This document shows positions 37,768 to 47,975 of a DNA stretch of 60,277 bases, piece after piece (position 1 is the stretch's first letter; the number at the start of each line of letters is the position of its first letter). Source of the stretch: a virus. Taxonomy: Duplodnaviria > Caudoviricetes. The position numbers were made by a program, and so were the translations under genes. The notes beneath the pieces were generated by a model. That model had not been told where the DNA came from. It searched no databases and saw nothing but the letters and a program-made list of their open reading frames with translations. The DNA lies in IMG/VR virus record IMGVR_UViG_3300042475_003740, positions 1 through 60,277 of that record; one strand, given 5' to 3'.

Positions 37768-38619
37768 TCAGGCCACCAGCAGACCCAGCTGCAGCGCTGC
37801 CGCATCCAGTGCCTTCCGGCTGCGACCGCGGGGGCGGCGGGGCTCCAGGCCCTTGCGATCGAGGAACTCCTGCTCCAGCCGCTCACGGTCGGCCTTTCGC
37901 TCAGCGGCGCTCACATCCCGCACGCGCACCGCCAACGGACCCACAGCCACCAGCACCTCCGATGGCCGACGGCCCTGCAGGTGATGCTGCAAGCACCGGT
38001 GAAACTGCTGCATCGGCCCGGCGGGGTAGGCGCGGCGGCGGGGGGCCTCCCACCAGGCCAGCAGGGTGATGCGGTCGCCGTGGTGGATGCCGGCCCAGGC
38101 CTGCCGCACCATGGCCTGCAGCGGCGCCAGGCGGTTCACCTCCGGGTCAGCCTGTTTGTAGCCATCGGCGCCGTGGATGTCGTCGAGGTTGGAGGTGCCG
38201 CACATGGCGGCCAGCATCTCCTGCAGCTCACCGGGGCTCAGCCCGCACTGCTCCGCAACGTCCTGGGCGCTGCAGTCGGGATCAGCCATCAGCCGCTGCA
38301 CCTTCCCCCACTGCTCCCGCCAGCGACTGGGGAACTTGATGGCGTGGCCCCGGTCGCGGAACCAGTGGAGGATTTCCCCCGCGATGAACGGCACCACGAA
38401 GGTGGATAGCCGGTAGGGGCGACCGTTGGCGGGTTTGAGCCGATCGGGGTCGTACCGGCGGCAGCCGCGGATGAGCCCCACATAGGCGATGGCCTCGAGG
38501 TCGTCGTAGGGCTGGCCGGTGCGACGGTGAAACTTCCACGCCTGCTGCCGCGCCAGGCCCAGGTTGGCGGTGACCAGGGCCTCGCTGTGTTCGGTGGGGG
38601 CGGGGAAGGTGGCGGTCAT
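37768..38619 (-). CDS. RNA polymerase sigma factor (SigF/SigB-like, group 3)
   Basis: NLGLA...YDDLEAIAYVGLIRGCRRYDP...LSTFVVPFIAGEILHWFRD (region 2). Confidence 0.9.
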   Translation of the reverse strand: MTATFPAPTEHSEALVTANLGLARQQAWKFHRRTGQPYDDLEAIAYVGLIRGCRRYDPDRLKPANGRPYRLSTFVVPFIAGEILHWFRDRGHAIKFPSRWREQWGKVQRLMADPDCSAQDVAEQCGLSPGELQEMLAAMCGTSNLDDIHGADGYKQADPEVNRLAPLQAMVRQAWAGIHHGDRITLLAWWEAPRRRAYPAGPMQQFHRCLQHHLQGRRPSEVLVAVGPLAVRVRDVSAAERKADRERLEQEFLDRKGLEPRRPRGRSRKALDAAALQLGLLVA

Positions 38620-38626
38620 GGGTGGG

Positions 38627-39887
38627 TTAGGGTCTCAGTGGCCGAATGACCCACGGCCCGAACCGCAGGCAGCTCTTGCCGTGACGCTCGCTGAACAGCA
38701 GGCGATGGCACCTGGAGTCCTTCCACATCAGTCCAAAGCCGAACAGGCGGAACCATCGCCAACCTGGCTCGCCCTCAAAGCAGAACCATGGGAATCGCTG
38801 CCGCATCGGCATGCGGTCCCTCAGGGATCGCTCGACCTCGGGTGGTGCCCACCAGAGGCGAGTTCGTTCGGTGCCGGAGGCACTGGGGAGGTCGTCGATC
38901 TCGGCCAGGGTGAGCGGGCGGGATGGAGTGTCGTGGTCGAGCATGGGTTCAGGTGGGGGCGAGGAAGGTGGCGGTCATGGCAGCTGCTCCCGCTCAGCAG
39001 CAGAGCGACGCGGCAACTGCTCGAGGTCGCCGTTCCAGACAGGCCTGGGCACCACCCGCAGCGGTGCTGGCCAGAAGCCGTGGCGAAGAGGAAAGGCTAT
39101 TTCGTAGTGGTAGGACGTTGAGATCCTGAACCACCGAATACCAAGGAACAAGTAACTGTCACTGCATGGGTCCGGCCGCCAATAAAAACCGCCGAACCAG
39201 AACCACGACGATAGATGCCTATTTCTGATCACTTCGCCGGTCTTCGGGTTGCAGGAGCTCACGTGCAGGATCCGGCGGCCGGTCGCGTCGTAGACCTTGG
39301 CGCCGAAATCAAAGGTGCCCCAGGACTCCTTGGGGTAGAGCATGGTCATCACTCCACCTCTTTGTCCGGATAGATGCTCGCAGGCAGCACCTGGACGCTG
39401 CCGGGGAGCCAGTGGGTTTCACCCCGCACCGGTTCGCTGCCCCAGGTCCAGAGCCAGTGATGGTCTTGCCAGCGGCCCCACCAGCAGCAGTCGCTGTGGT
39501 AACCGCGGAGGTCGGCGCCGCTCGGCTGGAGCTCGGACAGGGGGATGGGCCTTTCGATGTTGGTAGGACGAAACGGCCTCGGCGACCAAGGCGTAAAGTC
39601 TTCGTCTGTCGCAGCGGTGGCCGCGTCTCTACCACGGAACGGCCAGAAGCGGCGGAGGATGGTGTTCATTGTGCGCATGACTCCTTGACGCGGTGGGCGG
39701 CGGTCTTGGCAATAGCTTTCATCTGCTGTCGAGTGACCGGGTTCACGTCGGACGCGATCTCCAGCAGGGCTGTATAGGCCTCGCCAAGCGCATCCCATCG
39801 ACGCAGCTCGCGCTCGGTGGCAGGCAGCCACACTGGCACCAGGCGCTGGGCCTGCAGGTATCGACGGAAGCGGCGGAGGGGGTTCAT
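38627..39887 (-). CDS. run of short hypothetical genes (38627-38944, 38975-39352, 39349-39669, 39666-39887)
   Basis: Coupled, Trp-rich ORFs; 39349-39669 carries a DUF551-like THWLP motif. Confidence 0.5.
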
Positions 39888-40291
39888 GACATCACCTCCC
39901 CATCTTGCTCCATCCCGATGTCATACACCTGGCTGGTGAGGCGGAGGGTTGCCATGGTCAACACACCAACGGCAGCCGTCGCGGACACGTCGGCCAACCT
40001 GAGCAGCTCGCTCAGGTCGACCATCAGCCGCTGCTCCGGTGTCAGCCCGTTGGCCTCGTAGGCGTCAGCCTGGCGGGCCACAACGTCTTCCCGGAGAATC
40101 TGCAGCCCAAGCAACGGCAGCAGCAGGTCGATGATTTCATTCCTGCCGATAGCTGCGCTGGCCTCGCAGCAGTCGTAGGTTTCGCTCTCTTGGCGATCAC
40201 TGCTGACCTTCACGGTGTCAGGCTCTGACCACTCCTGGCTCAGCAGCCAGTCGCAGACTTCAGGGTGTGGAAGGTGTGGGTCGCGTTTCAT
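39884..40291 (-). CDS. hypothetical protein, paralog of 40288-40671
   Basis: RDPHLPHPEVCDWLL N-terminus. Confidence 0.6.
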   Translation of the reverse strand: MKRDPHLPHPEVCDWLLSQEWSEPDTVKVSSDRQESETYDCCEASAAIGRNEIIDLLLPLLGLQILREDVVARQADAYEANGLTPEQRLMVDLSELLRLADVSATAAVGVLTMATLRLTSQVYDIGMEQDGEVMS

Positions 40292-40671
40292 GGTGACGGG
40301 TGGGTGGTGAGTGAGTGTGGGACATGCTCTGACATCTCGCACACCCGCGCGTGCTCGTGTTCGCGCTTGCGACTCAGCGTGTCGTCCAGCGATGCAGCAC
40401 GCTTTTGATCCAGGGCGATACGTCGCGCCGTCCGATCCTCATGCAGCAATGTCAGCGCCTCGTCGCTCAGGAAGACACGGGCGATCTCGTCCGCGCCGAT
40501 TGCCGTGTGTGCCGTCTCATAGTCGAACAGCTCGGACTGAGTGATCCCGTGAGGGGCGCCATCTGGGTAGAGGATCAGTGTCTTCGGGATGCAGCCAGAC
40601 CACCGATGTTCAAGTAGCCAGTCGCAAACCTCAGGCGGCGGAAGATGGGGATCTCTGGAATAGGTCATCAT
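40288..40671 (-). CDS. hypothetical protein, paralog of 39884-40291
   Basis: RDPHLPPPEVCDWLL N-terminus. Confidence 0.6.
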   Translation of the reverse strand: MMTYSRDPHLPPPEVCDWLLEHRWSGCIPKTLILYPDGAPHGITQSELFDYETAHTAIGADEIARVFLSDEALTLLHEDRTARRIALDQKRAASLDDTLSRKREHEHARVCEMSEHVPHSLTTHPSP

Positions 40672-40685
40672 GGTGGGTAGGTGAA

Positions 40686-42254
40686 TCACCGAAACCCCGG
40701 CGTCGTGGACAACCGGCGCTGGCGTGGTTTGAACGTGTCGCTGTCAGCGAACGGATCCGGCGGCGGTGCACCGGAACCGTGGCCGTAGTGAACGGTGCTG
40801 ACGCGCATGGGGCCGGTGCCCTGGGCGTAGTTGACGGCCTGGGTGAGTGAATCCACCAGGTCGTCGTAGGTGTCGCCGGGGAACTTCACCAGCTGGCTGG
40901 TGAGCACCGGCGTAAGGGGGTGGTTGCGGGGGAACCACACGCGGCCTTGATTGAACTCCGGCGTCGCAGCATTGGCCCTGGCCACCTTCCCGCCGATGGG
41001 GTTAACGGCATGCACGATGAAGCCGGCGGCAGCTCGCTTGAGCGTGGAGATCACGGCGCTGCCGTTGGCCTTGTCCTCGATCAGCAGCTCACCAAAGGCC
41101 CACGGCTTCCACTTGCCGGCGATCAGGTCCATGGTGCCGGAGAAGTCCAGGCGCTCGTTCACCAGGTCCAGCAGCCACAGGCCTGAGGCGTCCTGGCCCC
41201 AGTTGGTGAACCCCACCATGTCGGAACCGGCGGTGTCCTTGAAGGTGCAGTCGATCGAGGCGATGATCCGGGTGAACTGCCTGGGTAGTGCGGGGTCGCC
41301 TTCGCCTCCGTAGAACCGGAACATGTTCCGGCTGAAAACCGTCCCCTTGTCCGGCGTCGGCCGCTGCTGATACAGCGCCGCCCAGTCCCGGGTCGGGGTG
41401 TTGAGCTGCTTCCGGCGTGCCCAGTCCGCATCGAACCGATCGGGGTCGAGGGCCTCACCAGGCTGGCGGTCGTCCGGCTCGCGGGTGCAGAGCGCCGGCA
41501 GTGCCACCTGGATCGGTTCGGCAATGATCGGCATGTTGATCACGTGCCAGGGTTCGGCAGCATCGCCGTGGCCATCGCGCTCAAGCTCCTCGACCTGCTG
41601 CAGCAACCAGCCGATCAGGTCGGCCTCGGTCCAGCGGGTGTGGGTGATGAGCTTGCCGGCGCCGGGTTCTTCCCGGGTGTTGAGCACCGTGCTCCACCAG
41701 TCGTAGAGCTGGCGGCGGTAGGCGGCAGATTCCGCCTCGGCCCGGTTCTTGATCGGGTCGTCAACGTTGAGGAAGTCCGCCGGCAGTCCGGTGCCCTTAC
41801 CGACGCCTGCACCCCAGAACCCACCAAGGGAACCTGCAACCTTCCAGCGGCCCTTGCCTGCTGAGCTGGGGTCGAGGGCACCACCTGAGGCGACGAAGTA
41901 ATCCCTGGCCGCCTGGCCGAACTCCTCGGCGAGGGTCTGGGTGTGGGCGCCCTGGCCCCAGGTGCGGTGGGGGAAGCGGCGGAGGAAGTAGCTGGGGAGG
42001 AACCGGCTGAAGATGGTGGACTTGTAGTGCCGCGGCGGCAGCATCAGCAGCAGCCGGGGGAGGTCACCATCGGCAACACGCTGGCCGATCTCCACCAGGC
42101 GGGTGGTGTGCCGGGTGAAGGGGAACGCGGGGTAGACGGCGGCGATGTGGTCGCCGAAGGAGCGGGTGTAGGGGTCTGCAGCGGCGGGAGAGGCAACGCG
42201 GGCGGCGAGCTCCAGTGCCGCCATGCGTGATTCGAGCGTGGCGGCGGTGCTCAC
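40686..42254 (-). CDS. terL: terminase large subunit
   Basis: MLPPRHYKST Walker A, NVDDPIK Walker B, THTRW, IEDKANGS and YDDLVDS; GTG start at 42254. Confidence 0.93.
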   Translation of the reverse strand: MSTAATLESRMAALELAARVASPAAADPYTRSFGDHIAAVYPAFPFTRHTTRLVEIGQRVADGDLPRLLLMLPPRHYKSTIFSRFLPSYFLRRFPHRTWGQGAHTQTLAEEFGQAARDYFVASGGALDPSSAGKGRWKVAGSLGGFWGAGVGKGTGLPADFLNVDDPIKNRAEAESAAYRRQLYDWWSTVLNTREEPGAGKLITHTRWTEADLIGWLLQQVEELERDGHGDAAEPWHVINMPIIAEPIQVALPALCTREPDDRQPGEALDPDRFDADWARRKQLNTPTRDWAALYQQRPTPDKGTVFSRNMFRFYGGEGDPALPRQFTRIIASIDCTFKDTAGSDMVGFTNWGQDASGLWLLDLVNERLDFSGTMDLIAGKWKPWAFGELLIEDKANGSAVISTLKRAAAGFIVHAVNPIGGKVARANAATPEFNQGRVWFPRNHPLTPVLTSQLVKFPGDTYDDLVDSLTQAVNYAQGTGPMRVSTVHYGHGSGAPPPDPFADSDTFKPRQRRLSTTPGFR

Positions 42255-43156
42255 GCGACGGCCTCCAGCAGGCTGGGTTGGCTGCTGCCAATGCACGCGG
42301 GCGACAACCACAGCCGCTCCCGGCGCCCATTGGTGGGGTTGACGCTGTAGCCAGCCCCCCCGCCTGCCTTGCCCTCGGTGACGCTCCACCCGTGGGCCAG
42401 CAGGGCATCGTGTTCAGTGTCGTAGCCGCAGAGGATCACGCGCAGCTCACGCGGGGCGGTCAGGCACCAGGCCCGCACGGCTTCGGCCACGCCCTCGGAC
42501 GATTCGGCGTAGAGATCACCAGAGGTGGCGTAGGGCGGATCCAGGAAGATGGCCCGCGTGCCATCGCCGCCGGTGCCGCTGCGGGTGACTGATGGCTTGA
42601 CCACCCGCTCCCATGGCCCGCAAGTGATGCGCACCCGGCGGAGTCGATCGGCAAGCTGCCGCATGTAGCCCTCAAGCTGGCCTTTCCCCGCGTCCCCCAG
42701 GTGCGGCAGCTTGCGGAGGTGGCCATCGACCACCCGCCATGGACCCGGCCCAAATGGGTCGCCGATGCCGCAGGCCAGCACATACAGCCACCAGCCAGCC
42801 GCCTTGGCGTCGTGCGCTTCGGGATCACCCTCCAGCCATGCCACCAGGTCGGGCGTGCGGCGCTGCTGCAGCCAGGCCAGCCGGGCGTGATAGTCGATCT
42901 CGGCCACAGGCCCCCAGGCCGCTGCAGCTACGGCGTCAGGGCTGAGCTGGATGGCCCGCCAAGCATTGACCAGCCAGCCGTCAGCATCGTTCAGTGTCTC
43001 AACCCGCCGGCCGGTAAACGGCGGCCGGGCCAGCAGCACGGCAGCCGATCCGGCAAACGGCTCGACATAGCCGGCGGGATCACCCAGCGCCTGCCGGATA
43101 CGCGGCGCGGCGCGACGCTTGCCACCGAAGTAGGGGAAGGGAGCGGCGAGGGTCAT
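42251..43156 (-). CDS. DNA adenine methyltransferase (Dam/D12 class)
   Basis: FPYFGGK, YVEPFAGS and FLDPPY motifs. Confidence 0.9.
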   Translation of the reverse strand: MTLAAPFPYFGGKRRAAPRIRQALGDPAGYVEPFAGSAAVLLARPPFTGRRVETLNDADGWLVNAWRAIQLSPDAVAAAAWGPVAEIDYHARLAWLQQRRTPDLVAWLEGDPEAHDAKAAGWWLYVLACGIGDPFGPGPWRVVDGHLRKLPHLGDAGKGQLEGYMRQLADRLRRVRITCGPWERVVKPSVTRSGTGGDGTRAIFLDPPYATSGDLYAESSEGVAEAVRAWCLTAPRELRVILCGYDTEHDALLAHGWSVTEGKAGGGAGYSVNPTNGRRERLWLSPACIGSSQPSLLEAVA

Positions 43157-43222
43157 GGACGGCGCTCCACCGATGCATCCGCCAGGGTGCGCATCACCTC
43201 CAGGCAGTCGCCGTGGTGGAGG

Positions 43223-43696
43223 TCAGGCATCGGCTGCCTGCGCCCCCAGCCCCCTGGCCTGCATCTGCAGCAGCAGGGTGTGTTCGAGGTCAGCCGGGAG
43301 CCCTGCAGCGGCGACGGCCTCCAGGACAGTGGCGACGGTCTTGCGCTCGGTCTTGCGCTCAGCGGCGGCGTCGCTGAAGTGGTCGCGGAGCCGTGGGTGA
43401 TGGGTTAGGAGCCAGGTGGCGGCCCAGATACTTGGGGATTCAGCCGTAGCGAGCTTGTCCAAACCGGATAGTAATTGTTGACATTTTTCGGCATCCGCTA
43501 AAGAGATGGCTTCCCGAAATTGATACTCCAAGCTGTCTTCACCTAATTGCTCGGCATTCTTGATCCAATAGCTTGCGGTTGATCTGCCAACGCCAAGACG
43601 AGCCGCCATCAACGCAACCGGCAGACCTTCGGCTGCGATCTCGCGGGCCTTTGCCACCAGCTCTGGTGTCAGCTTCGAGGGCCTGCCAGCCGGCAC
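43223..43696 (-). CDS. terS: terminase small subunit
   Basis: GRPSKLTPE HTH and WAATWLL; upstream of terL. Confidence 0.7.
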   Translation of the reverse strand: MPAGRPSKLTPELVAKAREIAAEGLPVALMAARLGVGRSTASYWIKNAEQLGEDSLEYQFREAISLADAEKCQQLLSGLDKLATAESPSIWAATWLLTHHPRLRDHFSDAAAERKTERKTVATVLEAVAAAGLPADLEHTLLLQMQARGLGAQAADA

Positions 43697-43757
43697 GGGG
43701 ATCAGCGCAGCGATCGGGTACAGCTTAGGACCAAACCGGTGCGATTGCACAAGCGGA

Positions 43758-44102
43758 TCAACCAGGATGCCAGGGAGTGCCGGGGTAGACGGACGCCCAT
43801 TGGACATGGATGGGTTGGCGACGTTCGCCTGGCACCGGGGGCGTCAGTATCTGCACCTCGCCGTCTTCATCCGCATCCTCGTACGTCGGCACCCTGTGCG
43901 TGATCCAGTCGGGCCCAGGAGCCACCTTCGGCGCTGCAGGGGTGGCTGAGGGCTGTGGCGGCCCCTGCATGCCCCCGCCAGCCTCCAGTGCGTCAGCGAT
44001 GCGATCGAGGGCCTGGGCGATGAAGAGAGCGCCGATGTCGAGATTTGTGAATCCTGCGTTGCGGAAGTGTTGAGCGGTGGCGGTCAGATCTTCGAGTGCC
44101 AT
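43758..44102 (-). CDS. hypothetical protein
   Basis: MALEDLTA...; C-terminal WITHRVPTYEDADEDG. Confidence 0.55.
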   Translation of the reverse strand: MALEDLTATAQHFRNAGFTNLDIGALFIAQALDRIADALEAGGGMQGPPQPSATPAAPKVAPGPDWITHRVPTYEDADEDGEVQILTPPVPGERRQPIHVQWASVYPGTPWHPG

Positions 44103-44169
44103 GGCTAGCGATGGGGTGCGGTGGCCACCACAGGATAACCGATCGGTGCGGATGGGCATCTGAACCGGG

Positions 44170-44459
44170 GTAACGCCTGTTACGCAAGCGTAACGGGGGG
44201 CGTAACACCCGAAACCCCGCGCCACCGCTACGTTCTTGGGTGCACTGTTACAGTAGTTACACCTAATTTCAGATATAGATAGAAGGGGGGGTAGTAAGAG
44301 CGCAACACCACAGCACAACACTTTCCCTTTCTCTTAGGGGCTATTCCCCCGCAAAACCGTAACGGGTAACGCATTCCACCAGATCGCAGTCAGGCACAGC
44401 GATCTGACCCGTTACCGGCGCGTTACAGCACCCTGTTTTCGTTACGCCTGAGGCGTTAC
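44170..44459. repeat. putative replication origin with 12 GTAAC/GTTAC iterons
   Basis: Non-coding, directly downstream of the primase-helicase; AT-rich core and a CAGATCGC/GCGATCTG inverted repeat. Confidence 0.7.
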
Positions 44460-47074
44460 AGGCCCCGGATTGGCAGCGAGACGGCCCGCGACACATCACC
44501 CAGCCCGCGGAACCGCACGACACCTGCCTTGGCGGCTCCAGGCAGCCGACTGAGCACCGTGCTCCAGCTATGGGCCCATGGCGTTTCAGCCAGCACCCGT
44601 CCGATCCCGGTGGCGGTATTGCTGATCAGCAGCCGATCGCCATCCACCCGAATCCCGATCCGGCCAAGGTGCGCAGCTGCCTGGGTGCTGCTGATCTCCA
44701 GTGATGTCGCGCCGGCGGCCGGATTCGCCAGCTCGACAAGCTCCCCGATCGTCCGCTGGTAGCCGTTGCCTCGATCCCCTTCAACGCGGATCTGATGCTG
44801 GAGTAGCACCTGAATGCAGCGCTGCTCATCAGGGGTTTCCGCAGCCTCGCGGTAGGGCTCCCAGTCGTTGCCGTCGATCAGGCTGTAGGCGTCGTCGATG
44901 GTGGCCGGGTGGCTGTTCATCAGTGACCAGGCGCCGGCCAGGAGGGTGCCGTACTGATCGCCCTGTCGCTGGCTGTCGAAGCGATCAGCAGCAGCCCGGC
45001 GGAACACCGCGACCGACTCGCGGATCACGGGGATCAGCTGCACGGAGCGAAGCAGGAGCCGATGGCCGGCCTCGGTGGTGATCGTCTCGGTCAGATCTCG
45101 GTCGAGGGCGTTCCAGTGAGCGATGCGGTCAGCCTTCGGCATGTGGCTGGGGTTCCGCAGGGTGAGCTGCGCAAAGCGGCTCTGATCGGCGCCTTGCTTG
45201 AGGGCGGTGCTGATCGAGCAGAGCAGGAACATTGAGCGGATGGTGAACCGCTGCGCGGCGCCGTCAGCCCCGCCCTTGCCGATCACCCCCCGGCCGGAGC
45301 TCGAGGCGACGCGAGCAAGCGCGAGGATGTTCTGAATCCGTTCGCGGTCGCTGCGCTCGTTTGATTCTGCCTCGTCGAAGACCACCGGCAGAGCATCAGC
45401 ACGGAGCTCTTGGCGGATGAACGCCTCGGTGGTGTTGCCCTCCGGCCAGATCGCCAGCGAGTCGAGGAGGGTGCCGAGGAATCGATCGAGGATGGCTGAT
45501 TTCCCGCTGCCAGCGGACGCGGTAAGCCAGGCGTGGGGCCGCCAGGTCAGTGCGCCGCAGATCGGCGCCAAGGCAGCCCATCCGCCAAGCAGCAGACCGG
45601 AGGCGGGTACCTCCCAGTGGAAGCGCGACGCGATGTCAAGGATCTCGGCGCCCTCCTGATCCGTGAGCGGCGACAGGTCGCTCGGCACATCGATCGAAGC
45701 GAGGCGCTGGTAGTTGAAGCGGGATGGCGGCGGGGTCATCACCGAGTAGGTGTCACCGTCGACGATCAGCCGATCACCGAGATGCAACACGGAGCGACCC
45801 TGATCCCACCAGGCACCGCGGCCACGGATCCGATCGGGGGAGTAGACGCCTACCGCGGCCTGCTGAGCGAAAAGAGAGGAGATAGCCGATTGCCAATCGG
45901 CGCCGGTTTTGCTGGGGTAGACGGCCTGCCAATACTGAATGAGGGCAATCCGCAGCAGGTTGGTGGACGTGTGCCCAGGGCCGGTGAGTCTCATGACCTG
46001 ACCGGTGTTGTGGGGCTGGTAGTAGTAGGAGTCCCCGTCGAACCCCAGGCAAGCAAACGGCGCCCCGGGCAGGCTGACGGGCGGATCGGCGGGCGGTGCG
46101 GCCGGCGGGTCAGGTTCGGGCTCTGGTGGTAGCGGCGGGAGCTCTACCAGGCCATCAGCCAGCACCTTGGCGGCCTGCTTCGGGGTCCAGCCGAACGCTG
46201 CGGCATCAGCGAGGTCGAACTTCGGCGGCGCCTCGGCCGGCGGCTTGAAGATCGAGACGGTGCAGCCAAGCTGCAGGAGCTTCGGGCCGAGCTTGGCCAT
46301 GCAGTTCCGACCGGGGTCGTCGTTGTCCGGCCAGAGCACCACGGTGCGGCCGGCGAGGGGCGACCAGTCGGTGTGGCGGACGCCGCCGGTGCCACCGCAC
46401 CAGGCAGTGACCACGTGGCCGGGGAAGAGATCGGCGCCGGCATCAGCGACCTTCTCCCCCTCGGTGATGAGCACCGGGTCGTCCGTGCGCTCCGCCAGAT
46501 CAGGGAGGCGGTAGAGGGGTCTGGGTGCAGGCCACTCGGAGGTGAAGGGATCGCTCTTGCTGGGGAAGTGCCAGCCACCGTCGAGCCAGGTGCGATGGAT
46601 GAACAGCTTGCCCTTCGGGGTCTCGATCCGCTGAATCCAGAACAGCTGCCGCCCATCGGTGTCGCGGTAGCACCACTGCGCCACGGCGCGGCCAAGGTCT
46701 GGCGCGGCAGCATCAGCCGGTGGGGTATCGGGTATGCGGTGGGGCTTGCCGGCGGGCTTGACCCGGGGCGGAGCTGCATCAGATGGCAGGCCGAGCTGCT
46801 GCTCCACCCTCCGCAGCGCCTGCTTCAGATCCCAGCCGGTGCAGCGCATGAGCAGGTCGAGGCCGGACATGGCGCCGCCCTGGCGGTCCTTGCCGCCGCA
46901 CTGGTTGCAGTAGCAGCCGCCGGGGCCGTCGTCGCGGTCCCACCGGTAGCGATCGGTGCCACCACAGGCCGGGCAGGGTTGGTGCTGATCAGTGAGCTGC
47001 TCTGCCGTCAGGCCAGCAAGGGACTGCAGCAGCTCTGGCCAGCGGCCGGCTGCCTGCTCAAGAGTTGTGGCCAT
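44456..47074 (-). CDS. primase-helicase (Zn ribbon + TOPRIM + P-loop helicase)
   Basis: HQPCPACGGTDRY...CNQCG, ITEGEK, WPDND, ASAGSGKS and VVFDEAE. Confidence 0.9.
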   Translation of the reverse strand: MATTLEQAAGRWPELLQSLAGLTAEQLTDQHQPCPACGGTDRYRWDRDDGPGGCYCNQCGGKDRQGGAMSGLDLLMRCTGWDLKQALRRVEQQLGLPSDAAPPRVKPAGKPHRIPDTPPADAAAPDLGRAVAQWCYRDTDGRQLFWIQRIETPKGKLFIHRTWLDGGWHFPSKSDPFTSEWPAPRPLYRLPDLAERTDDPVLITEGEKVADAGADLFPGHVVTAWCGGTGGVRHTDWSPLAGRTVVLWPDNDDPGRNCMAKLGPKLLQLGCTVSIFKPPAEAPPKFDLADAAAFGWTPKQAAKVLADGLVELPPLPPEPEPDPPAAPPADPPVSLPGAPFACLGFDGDSYYYQPHNTGQVMRLTGPGHTSTNLLRIALIQYWQAVYPSKTGADWQSAISSLFAQQAAVGVYSPDRIRGRGAWWDQGRSVLHLGDRLIVDGDTYSVMTPPPSRFNYQRLASIDVPSDLSPLTDQEGAEILDIASRFHWEVPASGLLLGGWAALAPICGALTWRPHAWLTASAGSGKSAILDRFLGTLLDSLAIWPEGNTTEAFIRQELRADALPVVFDEAESNERSDRERIQNILALARVASSSGRGVIGKGGADGAAQRFTIRSMFLLCSISTALKQGADQSRFAQLTLRNPSHMPKADRIAHWNALDRDLTETITTEAGHRLLLRSVQLIPVIRESVAVFRRAAADRFDSQRQGDQYGTLLAGAWSLMNSHPATIDDAYSLIDGNDWEPYREAAETPDEQRCIQVLLQHQIRVEGDRGNGYQRTIGELVELANPAAGATSLEISSTQAAAHLGRIGIRVDGDRLLISNTATGIGRVLAETPWAHSWSTVLSRLPGAAKAGVVRFRGLGDVSRAVSLPIRGL

Positions 47075-47078
47075 GCCG

Positions 47079-47267
47079 TCAGGCCGTGGCCGCTGCGGTG
47101 CTGCGTGTGGGCCCCTGCCGCTCCATATCGCGGCGGATCAGCTGCCGGACATAGGCGGCCCTGCTGCAGCCCTCGTAGCTGGCCTGGGCGTCGAGGTGGC
47201 TGACGTGCTCCAGGGGCAGCTCAAGGGTGATGGTGGTCTTGCCGTCAGGTGTGGGCCAGCTGGGCAT
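47079..47267 (-). CDS. ribbon-helix-helix (CopG-like) regulator
   Basis: TITLELP...LDAQA...SRAAYVRQLI. Confidence 0.75.
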   Translation of the reverse strand: MPSWPTPDGKTTITLELPLEHVSHLDAQASYEGCSRAAYVRQLIRRDMERQGPTRSTAAATA

Positions 47268-47544
47268 GGTGCGGTGGCGGTTCAGGTTCGCAGTGTAGCG
47301 GTGCAGATGCGGATGCGAAACGCTATGATTCGCTGGCCACCACCACCCCCCTGCTCCATGCCGATGCCAGCCACTGCCCGGACCAGGTGGTGGGTGCCCT
47401 GCCCCTGGAAGGCGGGGAGTGGCCTCTCGGCTGATCACGGTCCCGTTGAGGACTGCCGCTGGCTCCAGGCTCGTGCTGTGCCGTCAAGGGCGGCAGTAAG
47501 CCGGGGCGGTGCGGGGTGGCAGCTATGAAGCCACCACACCACCC

Positions 47545-47811
47545 ATGACCCCCACCCTCCCCACCCCAGCCGAGGAGCTGGAGATCCGCCAGTACTCAGA
47601 AGAAGCCTGGCGGTTTACCTGGGCGAACTGCACCGAGCTGTCGCCGAAGCAGGCATTCATCGAAGGGCACTACCTGGCGTTCTGGTGCGGAATCATGGCG
47701 TGCCGCAAGACGCGGCTGGAGGTGAAGGACAGGATCGAGCGGCTGGAAACAGCCCTGAGCCTGTCGCTGCTGGCCCTGGTGGCGGCGATCGCATGGGGGC
47801 TGGCGCGATGA
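47545..47811 (+). CDS. small protein with a C-terminal TM helix
   Basis: CCA-rich leader; LSLLALVAAIAWGL. Confidence 0.55.
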   Translation: MTPTLPTPAEELEIRQYSEEAWRFTWANCTELSPKQAFIEGHYLAFWCGIMACRKTRLEVKDRIERLETALSLSLLALVAAIAWGLAR

Positions 47812-47854
47812 CCCCCACCCTCCGCCCGTACCAGGCACAAGGCGTTGCGCTCAC

Positions 47855-47975
47855 GACAAAGGGGGCCGAAGCCCCCTCTGCTGACAAGCCATGCCCAGGC
47901 GTGCCCAACCTAACCAATCTAAGCGGTACCGGGCCCCGTCCCGCCAGGCCTAACCACGACCGCCAGCAGGCGACC
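47855..47975 (-). ncRNA. candidate guide RNA: 15 phased GGY-NN pentamers with its own -10 box and terminator
   Basis: TATACT at 47986-47981; pentamers at 47955-47881; hairpin AGGGGGC-TTCG-GCCCCCT followed by TT. Confidence 0.7.
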
